DNA from: Fimbriosthenelais zetlandica
Taxonomy: Eukaryota
Assembly (NCBI GenBank): GCA_977030845.1
Contig: OZ365111.1
Location: 12,028,001-12,092,000 of the forward strand
Length of the DNA: 64,000 bases
Direction of reading: 5' to 3'
Part shown: piece by piece, positions 25,101 to 32,938 of the stretch
Position numbering within the stretch: position 1 is the first letter of the stretch
Layout: every line of letters starts with the position of its first letter
Made by a program: the position numbers and the translations under genes
Notes under the pieces: generated by a model
Told to the model about the DNA's origin: nothing
Seen by the model: the letters and a program-made list of their open reading frames with translations, nothing else
The model's database searches: none

Positions 25101-27216
25101 AGACCTACCTTGTCAACTTGAAATTAATAAAGATAACATCCAAATCCGAGACATAGAAATCCCTACAAAGAGAAAAAAGATGCGATCAGGAACAAGTTAT
25201 CACAAAATAGAGCACAGAAAGTTGGGATTTGTATAACTGAATGGAGGCTTAGGAGGCTACTCATTCGGACCATTTGAGGTTCCAATGTAATTCTCCTCAA
25301 TGGACTGAACTTGTGAAGTGACGTTAGTAGTTAGTACACTACCAATTTGTTTTTACACGGGATTTACTCGGAGCTGAAAAGATTTTTCAGAGCACCGTAC
25401 CCGGTATAGGTAATGTCTCTCACAATATTTTAACTAGCTCTTACGTTGAAGTAAGTTCTGATTTGTATTCAAACTGTATACACTGAATAATATTAGTAAA
25501 CCATTATAAGCCGTTCATTATAATCACTGAATCAGTCATGGGTTCACTGGGTCAGAGGAGGTCGGCGTTTAATATTAAGCCTTACTACATTGTCTATTAA
25601 TTTCCTTCATATTTAAAGTCTTAAAGATTGTTATGTCGTCTAAAAATAGATCTATGGAAAATCAGGATTATATCAAAGTATGCCTGATTCATGTCTATTT
25701 AAGATGGATTAAGCCATGCAGTGGTTTTCTAACACTGCCAGGTCCATGGTCACGCACGGCCAAGCAAGGTATGTTAAGAATGCTCCTCACATTTATAAAC
25801 AATCGCCCTCAGCAGCAGCGCGATTAGTAGTGCTCACATTATACTAGGTCTGTCTATGGGATATAAGGTAGAGAGAGGGAAGCAGGTAGAACAGGCACTT
25901 ATCAATCCCTCAACCTTTCTCTTAGACTCAGTCAAGACAACCAAAACATTCCCCTTGACTTTTTATATTGAAAAGATGGAAACAATTTCAAGCTTGTCTG
26001 GGCAGAGTCTAGAAGGGAAAATGACCTGCAGAGATTATTGCCTGAGTAGCCTATAGGAAGAGGGATTTCCAGGTAGTAATATAGGGATTTCTAGATTTAC
26101 CGGTGTATTACTACGGTATCGGTACCGGAAGCATTATTTAAATGCCCTGTAGGATTCTATAGATTTTTTATTTATTAATTAGGCCTACCGGTAGGTATTA
26201 AGTTTTTTAATGGGTTGGGGGATGATTGATCCAGTCAGAGAAAAGATTATGTCTGAGGAAAAATAAATTCCCTGGACTAGACAGGGAGGAGCTAAATAAG
26301 GTGAAGACCTGGACTCACTAAAATTAATGACCTAGCCTAATGTGTAGTCATAGGCCTCGTGAAAACCTAATTTCCATTTAGGATTCTTACTACCGGTACC
26401 TAGGCCTAGGCCTATCTAGGCCTATAGATATGCCTAGTATAGTGTTACCTATACTGGTCTTATAGGCCTTGGCCTCTAGATAATCCGCAATGTTTCAATT
26501 AATATTTGAACAATCTAGGGCCTTGAGGGTTATAGTACGTCTACCGTACAGGTACTCAATTATTAGATATTAATTTAAGCCTACATGCCTAGGGCTGATA
26601 GTGATAGGGCCTACATTGAATTTGAAGATTATGCCTAATTTTGTAGGCCTACCGGGTAGCCTACTAGTAACGTGTGTTGTTACTAATAGTAAATACTATC
26701 TGAGGCGAGCACATTCCCTCAGACTCGGTCCTGATGTCACTGACACTGTGTATTGACATAGACCACTATTATCAAATACCGATAGGTCTACTGGAGAAGC
26801 ATCAAGCATGCCATGAGCTGCCTATGATTAGGCTACGGTATCATTCATAGACATGACATAGAGGCCTAACTAAATTTATCAGCACGTGCTTTGGTCGACT
26901 GGGTTCCAACGTTTTCATCCCGATAAGGAAACCCACTCTAAATATGGCTAAAGACGTTATTAGTCAGTAAGCCTACTGCAGTGACTGAGTAGTGAGTGTC
27001 AAAGCAAGTCCCACCCTCCTCCTCCCCCGCCTCCTTTCTCAACGGCAAGGAGTAGAGGCAGCCCCCGACCGGTCCCACGAAACCTGTCACACTCGACCGC
27101 CATCAGTGAACCCCCCACAAAAACCAAAACATTTCACCACTTCCTCGTTGTCAGTGTCATTAGAGACCTACCACTGAAGCTCCAGAGCTGACCTGAACTA
27201 AGATAACAAGTCCTAC

Positions 27217-27325
27217 CTTTTGGTTCGCTGTTTTTGGAAAGTGTATCCCTAAGTGGTTAACTTGTGAGTGCCAGCGTTGGGCGACTTTTTCAAACTGTGT
27301 CACTTACAATCCAAGATGGCGGCAT
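27217..27325 (-). other. Candidate non-coding first exon of the spectrin gene (distal promoter)
   Basis: Minus-strand donor AAAAG|GTAGGA at 27215-27216 directly below a CpG-richer patch with YY1 and CTCF motifs. The spectrin acceptor at 4360 needs an upstream exon. The 5' boundary is approximate. Confidence 0.4.
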
Positions 27326-27353
27326 GTTCAGTGACCATTGCGCCCCCTGGCAG
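27312..27353. promoter_or_regulatory. YY1 motif (CAAGATGGCGGC) plus CTCF-like motif (reverse complement CTGCCAGGGGGCGC)
   Basis: Close matches to the established YY1 and CTCF core consensus inside a patch free of TAGGCCTA. Confidence 0.6.
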
Positions 27354-27599
27354 AAGTGGCCGACACTCAAGGCTTGGTCAGCGCATCGAGACCAGCGCAA
27401 CGTGTGGCAAATGGAGGCCTAATGCCTAAGGGCCGCCTTCTCCCTTACCTTAGGCTTTTTTTATCTGAACGTTTGGGGTTTTCCCCCACCTTAGCCTAGG
27501 CCTAGCCTTGTCCTACCTAAGTTTTCCCATGGCGCCTTGACATGATAAGTCAAGTCAGGTCAAAATTAGTAGGCCTAACGTTAGGCCTACCGGTGTAAA

Positions 27600-27860
27600 C
27601 GCCCGAAAACACTCCCCCTAAAAAACACTCCCCCGTGTTTTGAGCCTTGAGGCTAGCCTCAGAACACTGGGGAGTCTTTTGAGCCTAGCCTCAAAACACA
27701 CAACTTTTCAGCCCCATAACACTTACCCTAGCCCCAAAACATTCCCCATCTTGACAATTGTAGCCTAGAGTCTTTTGAGGCTAGCTTCAAATCACTCTAG
27801 ACACTTAGGCCTACCCTAGCCCCAAAACACTCCCCATCCAAAAATTGCAATTGGAGTGTT
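27600..27860. repeat. Degenerate internal repeats (AAAACACTCCCC / CCTAGCCCCAAAAC / TTTGAG.CTAGC)
   Basis: Several imperfect copies of these sub-units in direct and inverted orientation. Confidence 0.7.
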
Positions 27861-27880
27861 GGAACTCCTACACCGGTACC

Positions 27881-27964
27881 GTAGGCCTAGACATTGAGCT
27901 GAGACATAAAAATTAGTAGGCCTAGACATTGAGCTTAGACATAAAAATTAGTTGACATTGAGCT
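27881..27964. repeat. 35-bp tandem repeat x2.4, with a further related copy at about 28105-28130
   Basis: GTAGGCCTAGACATTGAGCT.AGACATAAAAATTA twice, then GTTGACATTGAGCT. Confidence 0.9.
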
Positions 27965-28139
27965 AATAGCGATTTCCTCACTTAAAACAGCTGGGAACTT
28001 TACCAAAACTTACCATAGTAGGCCTACAGGTGAGATGTTTCCTTATTGGAATCCATCCTGTCTCTTCAGAGTCATTGCCAGTTTTTGAGATTCAGCAACA
28101 CAAACAAATTAGTAGACATGGAGCTAATAGTAGGCCTAA

Positions 28140-28240
28140 TACCGAGTTAAGGCGTTGAACTCCCAGTACCGGTACAAGGTTCATGCCAATGTGGTTCGAT
28201 TCCTAGCATGGACTAGGTTTTTCACTTCTTTTCCAACTGT
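28140..28240 (+). mobile_element. tRNA-derived SINE-like copy (same family as 17872-17990)
   Basis: TTAAGGCGTTGAACTCCCAG...GGTTCGATTCC (B box)...TTTTCCAACTG. Confidence 0.55.
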
Positions 28241-28246
28241 GCTAAT

Positions 28247-28426
28247 AAGAGGTTAAACCACGAGTGAAACGAGTTTAACCTCTTTATACCACGACTGAAT
28301 TTTTTTTTTTCATACCAATCAATAGTTCACAAATAGGCTAGTGTAATTCGATTCCCTTTTCCTTGTATTGATACAAAATGACTACAAGGAGAAATTAAAC
28401 TTCGGAGTCGTCGTCGTGGTATAAAG
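28247..28426. mobile_element. Small element with a 12-bp-stem hairpin followed by 14-bp inverted repeats (HINE/Helentron-like architecture)
   Basis: AAGAGGTTAAAC-cacgagtgaaacga-GTTTAACCTCTT hairpin (28247-28283); CTTTATACCACGAC (about 28282) versus GTCGTGGTATAAAG (about 28413-28426). Confidence 0.45.
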
Positions 28427-29625
28427 TGTCACTACCCCTCTCTTGTAAAACAATTTGTTATAGCCTACATCTGCTCAATCATAGCAGATTCAGTGGCCGA
28501 GGAGACGGCAAACATCGAGGGCGTTGACAGGACTAGGCCTACCGGTACCAGATTTCTGGTTGAAATCGACACAAGATTACATTGTTGGATTGTTCTTTAA
28601 ATTGTATTCCAGTTCTACACATAGCCCTACATGTATGAACGATTTAACGTTAGGACCTAGGCCTAATCAAGGTTTGTCATAGGCCAACCATAGGCCTATA
28701 GTAGGAGGGCCAAATCCCGCGTACTGTCGCTGTGAACTTCATTGCGCGCTCACTGCAGAAAATCTGTCACTGTGTCTAGCAACGCTAGTCGCGGTAATGT
28801 CTATAGTGGCTTATATTTAGAGTTGTTTTGACACACTATAATTGCTTTAAATAGTTTCATTGTACAGACAACATGTTGCCGGTCATTTTGATACCAGGCT
28901 TTATGGGAATGAGATGATTAAAAACAAGTCTGTACTATGTTGAAAAATAGCGAACTTTGAGGGTCTGTTTTTCGATGTTATAACAATTTGCCAAAAAACG
29001 CAGAAGTTTATGAGAACCAGTAATATGTTATTGACCACATGTGGAAGTTTGGTATATCTAGTGTGTTTTAAAAAAGTAATATGAGTTGGGATCTAACTCA
29101 ATGGCCATTGCCATGCTACCCTAGTCAGTGTATGCACCTGGCCCTCGGTAGGCCTACGCGCATAGCAGCGATGAGGCTACTGGTCACCTACTTCCCCACT
29201 GCCCAAGTGTGGACACATTTTCTGCAGGAATAAACATGGATATACAGAGTTCTCAATGTAGTAATTTGGGCTAACGTTTGGGGTTATATCTCAAGAACGG
29301 AGTGTGATATAAACTTCATTTAAAAAGCATTAAGCATAGTGTCAACTCGTTTATGAGAAGAGACCTTCAAATCAGTTCAATGTTGAAATTTTTTTTAATT
29401 GTGGCCTCCCTACCTATAGATTTAGTATAACTGGATGGACCACGTCACCTACCATAGGCCTACCGACTAGTTGGCGGCAGGCTATAGGCCTAGGCTAGTA
29501 AGCATAAGGCCTAAAAAAACACCCTTGCCTCCTACCATCAATGTGGATAAGTACCTAGGCATGCTTAATTGGATTACAGGACTGTATCCATTCTAATGCA
29601 TAGCTAGGTAATGATCCACATTGAC

Positions 29626-29654
29626 ACTAGGTGGCAGTGGTGCTGCCACCTAGT
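29626..29654. promoter_or_regulatory. Inverted pair of CTCF-like cores forming a 12-bp stem
   Basis: ACTAGGTGGCAG-tggtg-CTGCCACCTAGT; each arm resembles the CTCF core CAcYAGGTGGCAG. Confidence 0.45.
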
Positions 29655-29980
29655 AAGCAATGGGCGATTCGTTATCCAGCCACACTTAGACTGCTGTAGG
29701 CCTATATAGGCTAGTCCAAGTATGGCTAAATAATGATTATTTGATCATCTGAAGGGAAGAGTTTTTGACATATAATTCTTTAATTGTTTATTCTCATTCA
29801 TTATAAATTTATTGTCATTTTCTATTCATTAACACAAATTCATACTCTCATAGGACCCCCTCCACCCGGGAACCCCCCTATAGGCCTAGTGCATAGAAGT
29901 GTCCGGCTCACGCTCGCGGACGGACTCCCAATAACCCCGGTGAGTCAAAAGGGGGGTCGTTTTAAGTTGTTTAAATTTAT

Positions 29981-30052
29981 GAACAACATAGAAAAAGAGC
30001 GAGGTCCCCACTTCAATACGACCGTATCTGACCCTTGTTGACCTGCACTTCC
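29981..30052 (+). repeat. Dispersed ~72-bp repeat, copy 1 (downstream of the GT7 gene)
   Basis: GAACAACATAGAAAAAGAGCGAGGTCCCCACTTCAATACGACCGTATCTGACCC...CCTGCACTTCC, clearly alignable with 32867-32938. Confidence 0.85.
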
Positions 30053-30478
30053 TGCAGACCATTATGGGTAGGAAATGAAACTTATTTGTTACAGGTGGTG
30101 TAAAAAGATATCAATAGGGAATAAATGTGTAAAAATACGGTTTCGTCATTTTTGACTCATCAGGCATTATTTTTGAAATAGGACTGCAGGCTAATGGGGA
30201 ATGGAATGACTGAGATAGATCCTGGGTGGCAGCACCAGTCTATCTGTCTGTCGATCCAAGCGAATGTTTAAATTTAATCTTAATTATGTCATGGACAAGC
30301 TAGCTGTATACCATCTCTATTATATTTCAATATATTTGCTACAATCCCAAAGCATCCAGCATTTTCTTATATTAGTAAAAAAGAATAACAACAGAACAAA
30401 TCAAAAATTCAAAATGTAAAAGACGTGAGACACAAAAGTTACAACTTTACTTTTAATATTAATAATTATCATTCTAGG

Positions 30479-30620
30479 TTATAGATGACCGGCACCCGGT
30501 TGTAGATCAACAACAATTAATGTATGTGTGTCAAACACTTCCTTTTTTACGACTGTGTATTGTAGATTAGAGAGACCGTCGGTTTTTTGCCTTTTCACAG
30601 CCTCTTTCAAAATTGCAAAT
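30479..30620 (-). CDS. GT7 beta-1,4-GalNAc/Gal transferase, last coding exon
   Basis: Acceptor ttttgacAG (30621-30622); FAILKEAVKRQKTDGLSNLQYTVVKKEVFDTHTLIVVDLQPGAGHL-stop, matching the B4GALT C-terminal DGLxxLxY...TxIxVDL. Confidence 0.92.
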
Positions 30621-30795
30621 CTGTCAAAATACATTAATTGATACGAATAAAAACAGATGTTCTGGTGAATTATTTGAATTGATTTAGTGTTAAATTAATT
30701 AGCAACAATTAGATTAGGTCAAGATCTAGATCACAATGGCGGAATATTATTTTTTTTTCTATGTAGGCATACACGTAGAAGTATAAATATTTTAC

Positions 30796-30903
30796 CTGGC
30801 AGGATTCTTCGCGGCTGCTGTGTGCGGACCCGTTTTGTATAACATAGTGTAGCGTGAAATAGACATGGCACGACGAGTGGGAACCACGCCAACTGCTTTA
30901 AGC
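30796..30903 (-). CDS. GT7 transferase, coding exon 5
   Basis: cctttacAG / GTAAAA; (R)LKAVGVVPTRRAMSISRYTMLYKTGPHTAAAKNPA(R); phase 2 at both ends. Confidence 0.9.
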
Positions 30904-31319
30904 CTGTAAAGGGAAAGATGTCTCCAATAACTACTATTTCTAATAAAATTAAAATAATGTGTATTATTACTGTTCTAAAACAAGCTATGAAGGAGGATAC
31001 ACCTTGACATCATAGGATGTGTACATGTATATAGTGGCATTAGTGCACCATACCATGAGAGTAGGCCTTAGTACTTAGCGCTCCCATAAAATTTACTTCT
31101 ATAATTTAATCCACCTAGTGGAGCGTTTATGAACTTATGCGGTTCGCAAATTTCTCCGCTCTCCATATTCTCACTGAAAGTACTATTTAGTCTCTCCAAT
31201 GTGTTGATGTCCATAATATTATGCCTTGCTCTTGCACGGCATTAATATCGAAGTTGGCAATGGAGGTAAAATATTGGACACATTTTAAAATGAAAGATAT
31301 ACATTATGTTTATACCCAC

Positions 31320-31442
31320 CTTTCCCACATATCGTCATCCTCACCACCCCAACCCCAGTAGCTGTTGGAGAATCCATTAGCAAGATTCACATGTTCACGA
31401 CTAATACTCACAACCCCACCGAACAAGGATTCATAAGGCAAT
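31320..31442 (-). CDS. GT7 transferase, coding exon 4 (WGWGGEDDD catalytic motif)
   Basis: LPYESLFGGVVSISREHVNLANGFSNSYWGWGGEDDDMWE(R); AG and GTGGGT boundaries. Confidence 0.95.
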
Positions 31443-31777
31443 CTACAATATACAAGATTCTTGTAAATGCATAAATTTATATAAAGATGTTTAAAAATAT
31501 ATAGTACTTAAAATATAAGTTACTTAACATTAACGAAAACTCGATTTTCCTCTGACAAATTAGATTCAAGCAAGCATGCATGCTCATTATAATTGTGTTT
31601 AATATAGCAGTACATGTATTGTACTATGTCATATAATAGGCTTTCATTATGTATTCCTTTGAAGCGGAAGACCGACCAGGCCTATATAGCCGAAATTCAG
31701 AGAACAAAAATAAATTGAACCTCACGGTGGCCATTATTTATAACTGGTAAGTTAGAAAACTTATTATTTGTACGTAC

Positions 31778-31962
31778 TTATAACTCATGGTATTCACAGC
31801 AGCTGACATATGAACTGGACGTTTTTCACATGTGTATGAATTATTTTCGACCTCAGGTATCAGGTCTACATCATGGAATATGAAACATTCATATTTAAAA
31901 TCATTCAAACTCTCCTTTATTCCCACATTGAAAAGCTTTGCTCTGTTGAATTTGCCTTTAGT
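31778..31962 (-). CDS. GT7 transferase, coding exon 3 (FNRAKLFNVG, DVD motif)
   Basis: TKGKFNRAKLFNVGIKESLNDFKYECFIFHDVDLIPEVENNSYTCEKRPVHMSAAVNTMSY(K); ccctccAG / GTACGT. Confidence 0.95.
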
Positions 31963-32074
31963 CTGGAGGGATAGATCAACATTAATTTAATCATGACGAA
32001 AGGTAGAAACAATTTAGAAATTTGAGACAATTTTCGTTTCTAAAAACTATATATGGGCCTACATCTGAAGTTAC

Positions 32075-32196
32075 CTGTTCTATGACATAGATCCTAGCTG
32101 TGGAGGCTTGTCGAAAAAGAAAAGTGTTCATGTAGTTGAGAAATATCATAAGATGAATTTTTCTGTCTCTATAAGGCACAATGATGGCAACTGGCG
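32075..32196 (-). CDS. GT7 transferase, coding exon 2
   Basis: (A)PVAIIVPYRDRKIHLMIFLNYMNTFLFRQASTARIYVIEQ matches VAIIxPYRxR...IYVIEQ; aattacAG / GTAACT. Confidence 0.93.
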
Positions 32197-32246
32197 CTGT
32201 AATTTTAGATTAAAAGGAAAAAGATTTAGTGTGATTTCCAGAAGAA

Positions 32247-32486
32247 TGTGTATAGCAATTGAGATCATCAAAGTCAACTAAAAAAATGAATTACAATACT
32301 TTATCGAGCCTATAGTTTGTCCATTGTATTGAGCAAATTATGTCTCTATTATTTACAGATCGATTCGTCTATTTCGTGTATAACAACTGAGATCATGAAA
32401 GTCAACTAAAAAATGAATTACAATACTTTATCGAGCCTATAGTTTGTATTGAGCAAACTATGCCTCTATTATTTACAGATCGATTA
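32247..32486. repeat. Tandem duplication (~120-130 bp x2) inside the GT7 intron
   Basis: GTGTATA.CAA.TGAGATCAT.AAAGTCAACTAAAAAA.TGAATTACAATACTTTATCGAGCCTATAGTTTGT...TTTACAGATCGATT occurs twice. Confidence 0.9.
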
Positions 32487-32536
32487 GTCATTTTCATGTT
32501 TAGATACCGGTATGTTAAAATATCGATTACATGTAC

Positions 32537-32795
32537 CTGAAGAAACATTAGTTTTATTAAACAGCAGCGGCTGTTTGTTTGATTGATTTGCGTCTAACGT
32601 TGCAGCAACATCCAGCTCCATACCACGATAAGGAAAGACGTGGTCGGCCCTCAAGTTGTAATGTGATTGATTTGGAAGCGGAAACACAGATGATGTACAA
32701 TATTGTCGGTGGAATCCGAAGAAGAATGCTTCGAGGAAAATAAGTGAAAGACAAATGCCCAAGACCACAAGTTTTGTTGAATCCGAAATGGCCAT
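32537..32795 (-). CDS. GT7 beta-1,4-N-acetylgalactosaminyltransferase (bre-4-like)/B4GALT family, first coding exon (type II TM plus stem); full model has 6 exons, 939 nt, 312 aa
   Basis: MAISDSTKLVVLGICLSLIFLEAFFFGFHRQY (signal anchor) followed by a stem with N-glycosylation sequons; donor TCAG|GTACAT at 32535-32536 gives a phase-1 join to exon 2. The summed exon length is divisible by 3 with no internal stop. Confidence 0.85.
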
Positions 32796-32866
32796 GATGG
32801 ACACGTACGCCCCTTCTGAACTAATAAGTTCTGGAATTATAAAATCCACACACAATTTAATTCATT

Positions 32867-32938
32867 GAACAGCATAGAAAAAGAGTGAGGTCCCTACTTC
32901 AATGCAACCGTATCTGGCCCGTCTTGTCCTGCACTTCC
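32867..32938 (+). repeat. Dispersed ~72-bp repeat, copy 2 (just upstream of the GT7 first coding exon)
   Basis: Same orientation as the copy at 29981-30052. Confidence 0.85.

Larger units (their letters stand above)
26180..29890. repeat. Dense dispersed cluster of TAGGCCTA / TACCGGTA palindromes (cluster 1)
   Basis: Hand count of about 26 AGGCCT in 3.7 kb, versus fewer than 10 seen in the first 24 kb; includes chains such as TAGGCCTACCGGTA (26180, 28534). Confidence 0.9.

Noticed and set aside
32484-32855. Using the full 123-aa ORF (MCVDF... start, ...SKHEND stop) as the GT7 first exon
   Set aside because: It starts on a non-ATG codon upstream of a good acceptor (32831-32832) and runs past the donor into a stop; ATG 32795 with donor 32536 gives a complete in-frame protein.
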